In this document: piece by piece, positions 1 to 10,606 of the stretch
Layout of the letters: each line of letters begins with the position of its first letter
How positions within the stretch are numbered: the stretch's first letter is position 1
Origin: Candidatus Geocrenenecus huangii
GTDB taxonomy: Archaea; Thermoproteota; Nitrososphaeria_A; Caldarchaeales; Wolframiiraptoraceae
Direction of reading: 5' to 3'
Length of the DNA: 41,125 nt
Assembly: GCA_023254095.1 (NCBI GenBank)
Contig: JALNLM010000013.1
Coordinates: forward strand, 1-41,125
Position numbers and translations under genes: made by a program
Notes under the pieces: model-generated
Database searches by the model: none
What the model saw: only the letters and a program-made list of their open reading frames with translations
Told to the model about the DNA's origin: nothing

Positions 1-2
1 TA

Positions 3-203
3 CATGATATGCCTGAGCAGGAAGAAGGTAGACCAGTAGCATATAGGATCTTAAGTTACTGGGCCAAATGGGTACTCAAACTTCAGGCAGGGTCAAGACA
101 GTATAGGGAGTTAGTAGTTGAGAAGCCAGAGAAGAAGGGGCCTGGATACTTTAATTTAAGCGAGTATGGGGTAAGTGAGCCTGATAGGCTTAAGGTGAAG
201 TAA
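3..203 (+). CDS. radB: 3' end of a RecA-family protein, probably RadB (partial, starts upstream of window)
   Basis: Frame is open from the window edge. RPVAYRILSYWAKWVLKL...R.LVVEK...F.LSEYGV resembles the RadB C-terminus (PV.G..L.YWSK..L.L....R...LEK....F.I...G). Confidence 0.55.
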   Translation, partial: HDMPEQEEGRPVAYRILSYWAKWVLKLQAGSRQYRELVVEKPEKKGPGYFNLSEYGVSEPDRLKVK

Positions 204-606
204 ACTTGGAGACGTATCCTGAGTATATGCCTATCCCGGCAAGCAGTATCAGTAAGAAACTGAAGAATAGCATATACTTCGCTGTTCTAGGATTGTGTGG
301 TCTGTATATAGCGTTCAGGTATAGTAGTACGCCTCCCGCACCCATAAGATAGTATAATGCTATGACTATCGTCTCAGCATGGCTTTGAGCATTAATACTC
401 CAGAGAAATACTCTGACAGCTCCAGTCTGTAAGAAAGCTATGGGTATGGGGTTCTCGGTTACAATAACGTAGGTAAACCCGCTCAAGAACATTATTACGA
501 TGAGCATCAGCGCTATCGATATTATTGTCATAGTGGTCTCAGACTTGAAAGAGACAAGCTTCTTTTGTAGATGCTCGACTATAGACGTCTTCTTATTTCT
601 CCGCAT
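190..606 (-). CDS. OST3/OST6/OSTC(DC2)-like oligosaccharyltransferase accessory membrane protein
   Basis: 138 aa with three hydrophobic segments. SGFTYVIVTENP...VFLWSINAQSHAETIVIALYYLMGAGG resembles the eukaryotic OSTC/OST3 pattern (GG..YD.I.EPP...F....N.Q...E......L..GG.G). Confidence 0.55.
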   Translation of the reverse strand: MRRNKKTSIVEHLQKKLVSFKSETTMTIISIALMLIVIMFLSGFTYVIVTENPIPIAFLQTGAVRVFLWSINAQSHAETIVIALYYLMGAGGVLLYLNAIYRPHNPRTAKYMLFFSFLLILLAGIGIYSGYVSKFTSP

Positions 607-705
607 CTCCTATCATCAACGATGATGAATAAAGTATCTTAAAAACTTAACAATGCTTTGATAGGGGTGGATCGAGGGGACCATAAAGATAGGGTGTGAA
701 GCATG

Positions 706-2523
706 TCAATCTTCAAGGTAAAGTTTGATGTCGACGTCCCTACTGATTGCCTCCATAATCTTTCTCCCATTCTCAGAGTTTTTCAAGAATCTTATTCTTC
801 CATTCTTACCAACGGTTACGGTTGAGAAGTACTCTCTCCCCAGGTAGATGGTAATCTTCGCTCCCGAATATTTGCCTGGAACTATGAATTCTACCGCTCT
901 ACCTGTCTCAACATACTCGTATTCGACTTCCTCACCGTGCTTGGGTATACTTGGCACCAATTCTATAGAGATTCCTAGTTCACGTTCAATCTTATTGATC
1001 GTTTCACCTCTTCTACCCACTATCCTCGGAATAAGGGACTTGTCAACTTTCACTATAGATTTGCCTGGCGATAAAACCTCAACTTCAACGTTCGGATCGT
1101 ACATTTTAAATCTCTCAACTAGTTTCTCTTTTACAATCTCCATAGACTCTTCGAGGTATCTTTCTACTTCAGATACAGGGACTATTACATTCTCTTCTCC
1201 ATAGGTATATATTTCGTATTCTAGGTTACCTGTCTCGAAGTCTCTAACTTCAATTACTGGTCTAGCTAGATCGACTGAGGTCATTCCGGAAGGGACTTTG
1301 ACGACTAGATTTAACTCGTAGACTTTCTTTACTTCTCCATCTTTTAAGAATATGACTGTGTCGATTACGCTAGGTATCATCCCTAGTTCTAGTCTACCGA
1401 TGAATCTCTGTATTGCGTCAACCGGATCACTTGCGTGAACGACGCCAACCATCCCTACACCCGCTAACCTCATATCCGCGAAGATCTGGAAATCCTTAGA
1501 TTTCCTAATCTCGTCGAAGATAGTATAGTCTGGCCTAACGAGAAGTAGGAGTTCAGCTGTCTTCTCGAAATCCCCTTCTAGTGGACCGTACTGAGTAATC
1601 TCTGGGCCTACCTGGAGATCTCTAGGAGATTCAAGGGTCTTGATGATTTTCCCTTGAGACGAGTAGAACTCCGCGAGGCTGCTTGCAAATGTTGTTTTCC
1701 CCGAGCCGGGGGGTCCAGCGATCAAGATACCTTCAGCCTTATTCTTCAATCTCTCCATCAACTTCTCAGATAACCTGTAGTCTTCTAGAGTCAATTTGAC
1801 GATCGGTCTAACTATGGTCACTTCTAGTCCATCAGAGAATGGGGGTTTCGCAGTGGCGATCCTATATTCTCCAAGCTGTATAACCATAGCGTGGCTTCTT
1901 ACGAGCTCTATGCTTCCCTCCTCACTAATCCTCGCCGTCTCAACGATCTCGTTTATAATATACTCTAGTTCATCTTCCGTGCATGGTTGATCTCTAACTT
2001 TAACTAATACGAAGTTTCCAGGTTTCCCTCTCTTAGCCATAGGAGGGACACCTGATTTAAGGTGGAGGCTCAAAGTATCTGGTGTGAAATATTCCTCAAA
2101 AGTTAGTTTAGGCTTCTTCTCATAAGCTTGGATGTATCTGACAGGGATGCCTTCAGCTTCGGCTACCAATGCTTGAACATAGTCTGAAGTGTATAGCGTT
2201 GCTCCTTCATTTTTCGCGATATCTCTTATGATCGCGTCTATTCTTCCACTCTTCGCCAGCTTAATATCTTCCAGCGTCGGCCTCTCACCAGAGAATCTAA
2301 CGAGGTATCCTCTCTTCTCAGCGGCTTCTCTTATCTTCTTTACTTGCTCCAATCCCTTAAACCCGACTTCTCTACCTTTAGATGCTTGGGCTTGAAGCTC
2401 ATCGATTACAGCTGCGGGAATAACAACCTCACATAGACCTAGTTCTTCATTTTCGAGTATCTCTGCCAATTTTCCATTAATGATTATGCTTGTATCCGGC
2501 ACTATCCTGATACCGTTAGACAT
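706..2523 (-). CDS. PIN-domain ATPase with C-terminal KH domain (PINA / PINc-VapC ATPase family)
   Basis: N-terminal PIN domain (VPDTS, ELQ, D..I, TSD), Walker A GPPGSGKTT, DEIR, VGVVHA, and KH motif IVGRRGETINKIE. Confidence 0.92.
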   Translation of the reverse strand: MSNGIRIVPDTSIIINGKLAEILENEELGLCEVVIPAAVIDELQAQASKGREVGFKGLEQVKKIREAAEKRGYLVRFSGERPTLEDIKLAKSGRIDAIIRDIAKNEGATLYTSDYVQALVAEAEGIPVRYIQAYEKKPKLTFEEYFTPDTLSLHLKSGVPPMAKRGKPGNFVLVKVRDQPCTEDELEYIINEIVETARISEEGSIELVRSHAMVIQLGEYRIATAKPPFSDGLEVTIVRPIVKLTLEDYRLSEKLMERLKNKAEGILIAGPPGSGKTTFASSLAEFYSSQGKIIKTLESPRDLQVGPEITQYGPLEGDFEKTAELLLLVRPDYTIFDEIRKSKDFQIFADMRLAGVGMVGVVHASDPVDAIQRFIGRLELGMIPSVIDTVIFLKDGEVKKVYELNLVVKVPSGMTSVDLARPVIEVRDFETGNLEYEIYTYGEENVIVPVSEVERYLEESMEIVKEKLVERFKMYDPNVEVEVLSPGKSIVKVDKSLIPRIVGRRGETINKIERELGISIELVPSIPKHGEEVEYEYVETGRAVEFIVPGKYSGAKITIYLGREYFSTVTVGKNGRIRFLKNSENGRKIMEAISRDVDIKLYLED

Positions 2524-2759
2524 TCTCTACAAACTAGGATTCTCTTAAATGATATAAAATGTTTAAGGTGCATTAAAGCATCTCAGTCGGACGTAAGGAA
2601 ACAGTAGATAATGACTATACATGACTTTTTAGTTGTATAAATCTTCCTTTTATACCATTATTTTCTTGATACCTTAAATGTAGTAGTAACAAAAACATTA
2701 CTGTAAGAATGACGGAGATTAGCATTCCTTTACATCAGCACTAGAATGCGGGTTCTAAA

Positions 2760-4325
2760 TTAATGTCGGCGTCTTAACCTTATTATTAAGATGGAAATAA
2801 AGGCTAGAATCGTGGATTCTAGTACAGCGATAATTCTCAGAATATCTATAACTCTAAGATGTCTGGTAAGGTCGATTCTTAGATACGTGTCTTCATGAAG
2901 CTGGATCGTGGCTCTTCCGAACCATTCGTTGAGACTAAACTCAATAGAATAAATTCCTGTTGGCAGCAAATACGATGCTGAGCCATTAACGAAATCTTTT
3001 TTGAGACCGTTTATCTTTAGTTCTCCATACTGAGCTAAGCTACCGTTTGGAAAGAATAAGTTTATTATAAGATTATGTAAATCTACTGGGATAGAATGTG
3101 TTTCTCCTCTGTTAACTTGAATTCTTCCACTGTATGTTTTGAAGCCGTTTACGTAGGCGTGTACGATTAAAGTAGTGCCAGTTGCCTTAACAGGTACCAT
3201 AAGAGTAGATTCACTATTAGCCAGCAATATGTATGCTTTATCATTCTTTACAGTTACTTGACTTCCCTCAACTATCAACGAAAGATTACCGATTGTTCTA
3301 CCTAGTCTAGATTCACAGAAGACGATCGAGGTTAGAGGTATGAGAGCATAGTATGTTTTCACTTCCCCACTAGAAGAAGCGATTATCCTCAAAGTCTTAT
3401 TCAAAGCTTCCTCTACGTTTAGTGAAAGCTTCTTAGCAGCTTTTTCACCAACCCATTCATTGAAGACGTCGTTAACAACATATATCTCTATCTGCTTCTC
3501 CGTCAAGGCGGAGTCTTCAACTACATACGAGCTGTTGATGAATCCTGTTGAGACGTATCTGATCTTAAGTATTGCCTCTCCTTTCCTTACGGGAACTATA
3601 CCTCCTGGACCAACCTTATGTAAGTCTGGAGTAACTAGAGTTAAAGTACTTCCATTAAGCTTGCCCACTATCCTCGCAGCTATCGGTTCCATCGTTATAG
3701 AGTATGGTCTATCGGCTAGTTCACCCTGATAGGTAAACTCTCTTGGATAGACCAGATCCATGACCACGTCACTGTAGTTTTGATTATTTCTTGCCCAGGG
3801 TCTCGGGAGATCTATGCTTACTTCTACTCCAGCTGGGATGAGAAATCTTCCGTCTTCCACATCTATGATGAAGGCCTCCTGTTCTTTGTCAGCGATCTCA
3901 GTAATCAGTTTGTCTGCATCTAACCTGTAATTTAGACGTACAGGTTCTTCTGATAATTTCTTCACCGAAAACTGGATTGTCAGATTATACATCTTAGTCT
4001 TCAGTAGCCATTGACCTCCTACATCGTTTTCGGTAAATTTCTTGATTAATACTTGTTTAAGAGGTTCTAGATAATATCCTGCTTCTTCTCCAGTCGGAGA
4101 TATTAATGTTAAATATGTTGGTTTATCGATAGCCATGGCCCACAATTCTTCTTCATCCTCGAAATGCAATATCCCTCCATCTAGGAGTGGAAACATATAG
4201 TTTCTGCTGTACCCGACCATTACAGGTGCTTCTTCGTCTAGCTGAGAATTAGCAGAAAATATTGAGGATGGTAACAGTATTATGAGCAAAAATGTCAAGT
4301 AAGCTTTCGACACCCGGTCATTCAT
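2760..4325 (-). CDS. Hypothetical secreted/surface protein with C-terminal membrane anchor
   Basis: 521-aa ORF with an N-terminal signal-like hydrophobic stretch, a beta-rich body and a C-terminal TM helix followed by RLRRRH. Last gene of the MoxR operon. Confidence 0.8.
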   Translation of the reverse strand: MNDRVSKAYLTFLLIILLPSSIFSANSQLDEEAPVMVGYSRNYMFPLLDGGILHFEDEEELWAMAIDKPTYLTLISPTGEEAGYYLEPLKQVLIKKFTENDVGGQWLLKTKMYNLTIQFSVKKLSEEPVRLNYRLDADKLITEIADKEQEAFIIDVEDGRFLIPAGVEVSIDLPRPWARNNQNYSDVVMDLVYPREFTYQGELADRPYSITMEPIAARIVGKLNGSTLTLVTPDLHKVGPGGIVPVRKGEAILKIRYVSTGFINSSYVVEDSALTEKQIEIYVVNDVFNEWVGEKAAKKLSLNVEEALNKTLRIIASSSGEVKTYYALIPLTSIVFCESRLGRTIGNLSLIVEGSQVTVKNDKAYILLANSESTLMVPVKATGTTLIVHAYVNGFKTYSGRIQVNRGETHSIPVDLHNLIINLFFPNGSLAQYGELKINGLKKDFVNGSASYLLPTGIYSIEFSLNEWFGRATIQLHEDTYLRIDLTRHLRVIDILRIIAVLESTILAFISILIIRLRRRH

Positions 4326-4326
4326 T

Positions 4327-5037
4327 TTACTTCACTATTCTCAGAATGATGGATAACCCTAAGATTATCAATAATACGGATAGAGAGGAAAAAATGTTAT
4401 TGTAAGTCCATACTCGAGTCATAAACGCTAAGAGTAGGACGATGATGGAAGAAATTATTAGAGGGGTCAAATCTCTAACCTCTCTAGGGAAATCTGGGTT
4501 GCACCTCCTACAGATGATTAAGAATAAGGAAATACATGACGCCGCTGTAAGAAACGTGAATATAGTATTGACTGTCTGAGAAAGAGTATATTGTTCTCCA
4601 GAGAAAAGTTTTCCTGGAACCCTAATTATCAGGTTTACAAAGAAGTCTTGAGAAGTCAATGATGCTTTGTCTGAAGAGGCCAAGACCCACAAGTTGAACG
4701 TGAGAGTGAAGAAATATGTTAAGACTAGATCTTCAATGTTCTGCCGATACGAGCTTAAAAGTATGAAGATAGGAAATGCTAATAGATATCCCGCAGCCGA
4801 CCCTATGAGTGGAAGCGGACTCCCCAGGAAGAACATTAAGAAAGATACTAATGATGGGATCAGCATCAAGAATAAAAGAATCGTAAAAGAGTAGTTTGAT
4901 AGGAATAACGCGATCAATGAAAAGAATGAAGCTAGCATGAAGTAATCGAGATTCGTAAACCTAGATAATAGGTTACATACGGTATAGATATGTGGGGATA
5001 ACAATAATGATCCAAGCAGGATTTCCGAGAACTTCAT
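4327..5037 (-). CDS. Hypothetical polytopic membrane protein
   Basis: 236 aa, about 7 hydrophobic segments; 4-nt overlap with the upstream DUF58 gene. Confidence 0.8.
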   Translation of the reverse strand: MKFSEILLGSLLLSPHIYTVCNLLSRFTNLDYFMLASFFSLIALFLSNYSFTILLFLMLIPSLVSFLMFFLGSPLPLIGSAAGYLLAFPIFILLSSYRQNIEDLVLTYFFTLTFNLWVLASSDKASLTSQDFFVNLIIRVPGKLFSGEQYTLSQTVNTIFTFLTAASCISLFLIICRRCNPDFPREVRDLTPLIISSIIVLLLAFMTRVWTYNNIFSSLSVLLIILGLSIILRIVK

Positions 5038-6248
5038 CTACCCCACCTAGAAGCGAGACATCTCTTGAAGCTGTTCATGAAGTCTCTAAGTTTAACTATC
5101 GTAACAGGATCTTGAATGATGGAAGCCGCTCTTTTCAATCTTTCAGCTTCATAGTTGATTACTCTATCTTCAACTAGACTAGAAACTTCATCAAGCAAGT
5201 CCAGTAAAAGTATGTTCACTCTGAAATTCTCATTTCCAAGATATCTTCTCAGAACGTTTAGCTCCTCAGGATCCACCAATCTAGAAATATAAATTAGGTA
5301 TCCTCCTGAAGGGATAGAATTTTTTCTTAAATTAAATTCTCCATATCTTAATGTCATTTCTGAAATTGCCGGTTTCCCATCGTTATAGTTTATCAGCCAT
5401 ATCCTCGAGCCTTCCCTCAAGTAGTGTAAAGCATAAGACATTGATATCCCCATTATCCAGTTCAAGATATTTCCATATTGAGGCATCTCTAAGTCTAGCC
5501 CACTCCCATAGCCAATGAGTATATATGATGATCTCCGCCTATCGTATTCTCTGACGTATACTTCTTCCCCATTTGTTCTAGCTGTTCTTCTCCAATCTAC
5601 ATTCCTCAAAGATTGATGTTCACTCCGCAGGCTTTCTCTATATTCTTCTTTAACGCCTATGAATGGGTGCAGCGAGTATCCCGGATAGTTTAGTCCAGCG
5701 GATGATGAGGCTATAACTACGCTTCTAGTTCTCATAGGTTCTTCGAAAGAATATATCATTCCCAATGAATCGATAGTGATGGTTTTGCAGACTAATTCAA
5801 GGTCATCTTTAACCACGACCTCCACCGGACCGACCTCAAGTAGTCCGCTTCTCTGGACATTCACGGTAAATTCTAGTGTGATATTATTTTTTCGGCTTAT
5901 TACACCGGATCGAGCAGCTTCACCAGACTCTATCTTCAGACCCTCGCTAAGCTGTATGTTAACTTCTGTCTTAAGCCTACTATCTAATCTGGGCTGCACG
6001 TATACTCTAACCCTAGATTTATCGTTTACAGTCAGTATGTTCGGTGAAATCGTTAAGAAAACCTCAAAGTCTTTTTCGCTTATTCTTCTAAGGGCCCAGA
6101 TACTTCTAAATACGTACAATGTCAGAGTGAGGAGTATGAATACAGGCGCTAAGAATATGGCCGGGTGATTAATGAATATGAGAGATACTGTAGAGAAGAA
6201 AAAGGCGGTATACTGGTATATTCTTGCAGCTCTACGGGTCAGCCTCAT
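5034..6248 (-). CDS. DUF58 domain protein (MoxR-associated)
   Basis: Two N-terminal TM helices, Ig-like segment with RSGLLEVGP, motif LRNVDWRRTAR...YVREYD; directly follows moxR. Confidence 0.85.
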   Translation of the reverse strand: MRLTRRAARIYQYTAFFFSTVSLIFINHPAIFLAPVFILLTLTLYVFRSIWALRRISEKDFEVFLTISPNILTVNDKSRVRVYVQPRLDSRLKTEVNIQLSEGLKIESGEAARSGVISRKNNITLEFTVNVQRSGLLEVGPVEVVVKDDLELVCKTITIDSLGMIYSFEEPMRTRSVVIASSSAGLNYPGYSLHPFIGVKEEYRESLRSEHQSLRNVDWRRTARTNGEEVYVREYDRRRSSYILIGYGSGLDLEMPQYGNILNWIMGISMSYALHYLREGSRIWLINYNDGKPAISEMTLRYGEFNLRKNSIPSGGYLIYISRLVDPEELNVLRRYLGNENFRVNILLLDLLDEVSSLVEDRVINYEAERLKRAASIIQDPVTIVKLRDFMNSFKRCLASRWGR

Positions 6249-7198
6249 CTAGGGGGTTCTACCTCTTCGACGATCTCCTTCAGTAGGTTAATCGTCTCTC
6301 TACGAAGCGTAATCGGGTTGCTGCTCCGACTCCTAAGGAGAAGTCTATGATTAAAAACTAAGTTGACAACAGATTTAACGTGGTCTGGAGTTACATAAGG
6401 TTTGCCTTCAAGAGCCGCTGCAGCTTTCGAAGCATAAAGCAGAGATACCTGACCTCTAGGGCTTACTCCCAGTAAGATTTCTTCACGTTTTCTAGTCTGC
6501 TGACCCAGCTTAACAATGTACTCTAGGACAGACTTATCAACATATACCTTCCTAGTTAGTTCTATGGCTTTCAAAACATCTTCGAGGTCTGCGACTTTCT
6601 CTATTTCAACCTGCTCACCGTAGAGTTGCTTCTTCTCAAGTATCTTGAGCTCGGATGAGGGGTCAAGATAGTCAACGAATGTTCTGATTAGGAATCTATC
6701 GAGTTCGGCTTCGGGTAACGGGTATGTTCCTTCAAGCTCTATAGGGTTCTGGGTAGCTATGATGAGGAATGGTCTTGGTAGAGGATATGCAACACCATCT
6801 ACTGTTACCTGTTTCTCCTGCATACATTCTAGGAGGGCTGACTGAGATCTAGGAGACGCGCGGTTGATCTCGTCCGCCAATACAACGTTTGCAAATATGG
6901 GGCCACGTCTAAACTCTAGCGCTCCAGTAACACGGTTATAAATTATGGACCCGGTTATATCGCTCGGCATCAGGTCTGCGGTAAACTGTATCCTTTTGAA
7001 TTCTAGACCGAGAGAGTTCGAGAAGACTTTTGCTAGATAGGTCTTAGCTGTTCCAGGTGCACCCTCTACGAGTATGTGTCCTTCTACGAGCAGGCCAATA
7101 AGTAGACTTCTAATAACCTCGTCCATTCCGACGATGACCTCATGTATGTTTGAAGTAAGCTTTTCAGCAATGTCTTTAACGAAGACATACTCATTCAA
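6245..7198 (-). CDS. moxR: MoxR family AAA+ ATPase
   Basis: GHILVEGAPGTAKT, RIQFTADLMPSDITG, LADEINRASPRSQSALLE, ATQNPIE.EGTYPLPEAELDRF, GVSPR. Confidence 0.95.
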   Translation of the reverse strand: MNEYVFVKDIAEKLTSNIHEVIVGMDEVIRSLLIGLLVEGHILVEGAPGTAKTYLAKVFSNSLGLEFKRIQFTADLMPSDITGSIIYNRVTGALEFRRGPIFANVVLADEINRASPRSQSALLECMQEKQVTVDGVAYPLPRPFLIIATQNPIELEGTYPLPEAELDRFLIRTFVDYLDPSSELKILEKKQLYGEQVEIEKVADLEDVLKAIELTRKVYVDKSVLEYIVKLGQQTRKREEILLGVSPRGQVSLLYASKAAAALEGKPYVTPDHVKSVVNLVFNHRLLLRSRSSNPITLRRETINLLKEIVEEVEPPR

Positions 7199-7377
7199 GT
7201 GTTCCTACCACCCTTCCTTAACCTGCTTAATCCATTCATCAACAAGTCAGAGTTTCTATGTCTAGCAAGCTTGGTGCTTCTTTTATGCTTAGTGGTCTCA
7301 TGAACATATTCGGGAATAAGTAACGATATGATAATCGTTAGCCCGGCGATAATCATTATAGTCAAGTTAAGATTCAT
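7195..7377 (-). CDS. Small hypothetical membrane protein
   Basis: 60 aa with an N-terminal TM helix; overlaps both neighbours in operon fashion. Confidence 0.6.
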   Translation of the reverse strand: MNLNLTIMIIAGLTIIISLLIPEYVHETTKHKRSTKLARHRNSDLLMNGLSRLRKGGRNT

Positions 7378-7849
7378 TTAACCACCTCGATGGATATTCC
7401 CGTATAGATAGGTTATCAAGCCTCTCCAATTGTTTGCTGAACTGGTCTATCTCTACTTCGCTAGGCTCGTATCCTCCGAATCTAGCAGCTTCGTATAAGC
7501 TGTACATTTCATGTAGCAGGTTCTGAATCTCCGCAGCTAGTTTACCGTTTAGAATAGTTAAGATCTCCCTAGTTGTTAAATTTTTCCTAGCATTAAGCTG
7601 TCTAGCTTCTGCTAAACCATCAACAACTTCATTAAAAATCGTTATTACAGCTTGCCTCCCACCCTTCCTCGATAAATACTCTCTGAATCTATTAGTTAGA
7701 ATGTGTTGGTCAACTTCTATGCTATTATCAGGTTTCGTTATTCTTCTCTTAAGCTTGATGTACTTGAATAAGGCGTAGGCTGCCAGTGAAGCTATGATTA
7801 TATCGATAGTGATCCAGAAAGCAGTTTCAGGATCTATCAGCTGAGCCAT
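7367..7849 (-). CDS. DUF4129 domain membrane protein
   Basis: TM helix, then NLTTREIL...LYEAARFGG, the DUF4129 pattern (T.RE ... LYE..RYG) common in MoxR operons. Confidence 0.8.
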   Translation of the reverse strand: MAQLIDPETAFWITIDIIIASLAAYALFKYIKLKRRITKPDNSIEVDQHILTNRFREYLSRKGGRQAVITIFNEVVDGLAEARQLNARKNLTTREILTILNGKLAAEIQNLLHEMYSLYEAARFGGYEPSEVEIDQFSKQLERLDNLSIREYPSRWLNES

Positions 7850-8628
7850 CTCTCTTTAACCTCTACTCTTTCTATTGGCAAAAAACTAAATCTTGGATGA
7901 ACATACGTTGGAAAGCCTCTAAGCTCTTCTACGAGCTCAACAGTTTGACCACCTGATTCAATTTTGCTGTAATCTATTTTCACTAAGCCCCATACGTCCT
8001 CGAGAGCTATGCCATCTTGAATCGTTAAGCCGTCAAAGAACACTCTTAGCTGACCCCAGCTAGTATAATATGTTATTGTTGGCCTCCCAACATAATATTC
8101 TCCATATTGTGGAAGAATGAATTTTATCTTCAATCTAGATAGACCCTCAAAAGGTTCGGGATAGACCTTTATACTTGAAGCCTCCATCCTGAAGAGATAA
8201 AATCTAATACTTACTTCTCCATCGGAGACCACGTTTATCTGAGTAGTCCAGGCAGTTCTTCCTTGGCCTCCTCTTAACACTGTGAGTGTATGATTTCCTT
8301 TAGGTATGATAAAATAAGCTTTACCTTGATTATCTGTAAGTTTCGATTCTCCACCTACCGTTACATATGTATACGCTAGGGGGGCAGATATGGTTGACTC
8401 GTTTCCGAGGTATGTCATGGAATGCCCGAGATCAGACTCGGTTAGATGTATTGTGAGTTTTACGTATTCTAACTCCCCTGTCGAGATTGCTTGTTTAACC
8501 TCTTGCAGTAATTGACCGATAAAGTCCTGCATACCAGATAGATTAAATGTGAAGAGTAAGAAAGCAGATGAAAGGATCAGGATAGCTAGGATCGTCAACG
8601 TTATCTTTTTCCACATCCGTTTTCTCAT
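7837..8628 (-). CDS. Hypothetical membrane-anchored exported protein
   Basis: 263 aa with N-terminal basic + hydrophobic anchor and a TDNQGKAYF-type beta-sandwich motif; first gene of the operon. Confidence 0.75.
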   Translation of the reverse strand: MRKRMWKKITLTILAILILSSAFLLFTFNLSGMQDFIGQLLQEVKQAISTGELEYVKLTIHLTESDLGHSMTYLGNESTISAPLAYTYVTVGGESKLTDNQGKAYFIIPKGNHTLTVLRGGQGRTAWTTQINVVSDGEVSIRFYLFRMEASSIKVYPEPFEGLSRLKIKFILPQYGEYYVGRPTITYYTSWGQLRVFFDGLTIQDGIALEDVWGLVKIDYSKIESGGQTVELVEELRGFPTYVHPRFSFLPIERVEVKERWLS

Positions 8629-8680
8629 CCTAAGGAATCCCCTAGATAGATATTAAGATTAAAAATTACGCTTTAATAGC

Positions 8681-9349
8681 TTATTCAATTACTTGGAGGA
8701 TCTCTTTAAAACTATTTATTAAGTAGTCAGGGTTTGCTGATTCTAGTAGCTCTCTGGCATGGGCTCCGCCAACCAACGCTATAGCTCTAACTCCTGCATT
8801 TTTTGCAGCAATAATGTCGTATACTGTATCACCTACATGGATAGCTTCTCCGGCTTTTACACCTAATTTCTCAATTGTCTTCAATATAATTTGACTATTA
8901 GGCTTCAGGTCAAAGACGTCATCTCTTGTAACTACAGTATCGAAAAATCCTTCTATCGAAGTATTCTTTAAAGATAATCGGGTACTCATCCTACTGTTAT
9001 TCGTAGCTATCGCGAGCTTGATGTTCCGTCTCTTCAATTCTTCTAGAACCTCTATGACGTCTTCTCGAAGCTCTGCTACTTCTGCGGCCATCATCTCATA
9101 CGGTTCAAACACCTCACTCATTATCTTGAATGCAGCCATCCTCTCTTCCCCACTCATTTCTTCCAATATAGAGGCGATAGGAGAATCAGGCGAAAACTCT
9201 ACAACATTATTAAGCCTCTCTCTTAAATTACGTAAGAATTCTTCTTTAGCTTCGCGGAGCTTAAGTTTATGGACTATCAGGGTACCATCTAGATCGAAAA
9301 TTACAGCTCGAATATTCATCTTCCTTGATAAAGAAGGTGACTTCCACAC
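8681..9349 (-). CDS. HAD superfamily hydrolase (phosphoglycolate phosphatase-like)
   Basis: IFDLDGTL, ATNN, KP, HVGDTVYDIIAAKNAG. True start probably at MNIRAV. Confidence 0.92.
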   Translation of the reverse strand: MWKSPSLSRKMNIRAVIFDLDGTLIVHKLKLREAKEEFLRNLRERLNNVVEFSPDSPIASILEEMSGEERMAAFKIMSEVFEPYEMMAAEVAELREDVIEVLEELKRRNIKLAIATNNSRMSTRLSLKNTSIEGFFDTVVTRDDVFDLKPNSQIILKTIEKLGVKAGEAIHVGDTVYDIIAAKNAGVRAIALVGGAHARELLESANPDYLINSFKEILQVIE

Positions 9350-9384
9350 TAAATATGTTTGCCGGCTCAGTTATTGATCTTCTC

Positions 9385-10347
9385 TTAAGGATATATGTGC
9401 GTTCCACTCTTTCCTGAAATTGCTTCCATCAACTGGGTGAGTTCAGCGATAATTGCTTCCCCTCCACCCGCCTCTATAAACCTTATAGCTGCTTTGACTT
9501 TTGGCCCCATGCTTCCAGGAGGGAAGTAGCCTTCATTGTATAGTTTCTTCAATTCTTCGACTTTTATCTTTGAGATCTTCTTCTGGGTTTGCTTCCCGTA
9601 ATCAACGTATACTGCATCTACGTCTGTTAAAATTATGAATTTTCCCGCACCTAGAAATGTTGCGAGTCTTTCTCCAGCTAAGTCTTTATCTATTACCGCT
9701 TCAACACCTTTAAGTTTGCCATCTTCCTCTATTACCGGTATACCTCCTCCTCCGCTCGCGATTACCACGGACCCTGACTTTACTAGTGATTTAATCGCTG
9801 TTCCCTCAACGATGTATTTTGGGTCAGGTGATGGTACAACCCTTCTCCACCCACCTCTTGCTTTATCTTCTTTGAATATGTATTCCGGATGAATCTTCTT
9901 TAGTTTTTCCACTTCTTCTAGACTATAGAATGGCCCGACTGGTTTACTAGGATTCGTGAAGTCGGGATCGTTCTTGTCTACTACAACTCTTGTAACAATT
10001 GTAACTACATTCTTCTCTATACCTCTACTACGTAACTCATTGGTTAATGCTTGCTGTATTATGTATCCTATGAATCCCTGGGTTTCAGCTCCACATACAT
10101 CCATAGGGAACGCTGGAATATTGTATAATTTTTCACCTGCATCATGCCTGAGTATAGTTGCTCCAACTTGGGGACCGTTACCGTGCGTTATTACAATCTC
10201 ATATCCAGCCTCAATTATATCCGTTAAGATTTTACATGTTTGCTTGACATTTTCGTACTGTTCATCAAAAGTCCCTCTCTGACCTCTTCTTAACAGAGCG
10301 TTTCCACCGAGAGCGATAACCATCAAGTTTCTATTTCTTTCTATCAT
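9385..10347 (-). CDS. arcC: Carbamate kinase
   Basis: [53 protein letters not shown]. Confidence 0.96.
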   Translation of the reverse strand: MIERNRNLMVIALGGNALLRRGQRGTFDEQYENVKQTCKILTDIIEAGYEIVITHGNGPQVGATILRHDAGEKLYNIPAFPMDVCGAETQGFIGYIIQQALTNELRSRGIEKNVVTIVTRVVVDKNDPDFTNPSKPVGPFYSLEEVEKLKKIHPEYIFKEDKARGGWRRVVPSPDPKYIVEGTAIKSLVKSGSVVIASGGGGIPVIEEDGKLKGVEAVIDKDLAGERLATFLGAGKFIILTDVDAVYVDYGKQTQKKISKIKVEELKKLYNEGYFPPGSMGPKVKAAIRFIEAGGGEAIIAELTQLMEAISGKSGTHIYP

Positions 10348-10606
10348 ATTATTTGGCGTTGAACCCTTTACTAAAAAACCTTCTTACAACATCATATTCT
10401 ACTAGCAAGATATTTTATAGTAAAGAGCTACGAAAAGGATCCTTGGTCACTAAAGAAGCCCTGCTAAAAATTCTATCAATCGTGAGCTAAAAAGATTCAG
10501 AATTTTCGAAATTCTTAATAAAGAATATAGAGATCTCGCGGTCCAGGAAATTAGGATGACTCTAATATTTAAAGCAATTATTCTAGATTTCATTCTTGGG
10601 GTTGCT

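Noticed and set aside
848-2395. Antisense ORFs inside the PIN-ATPase gene (and similar ones throughout the ORF track)
   Set aside because: Ser/Ile/Leu-rich shadow frames of real genes on the opposite strand.
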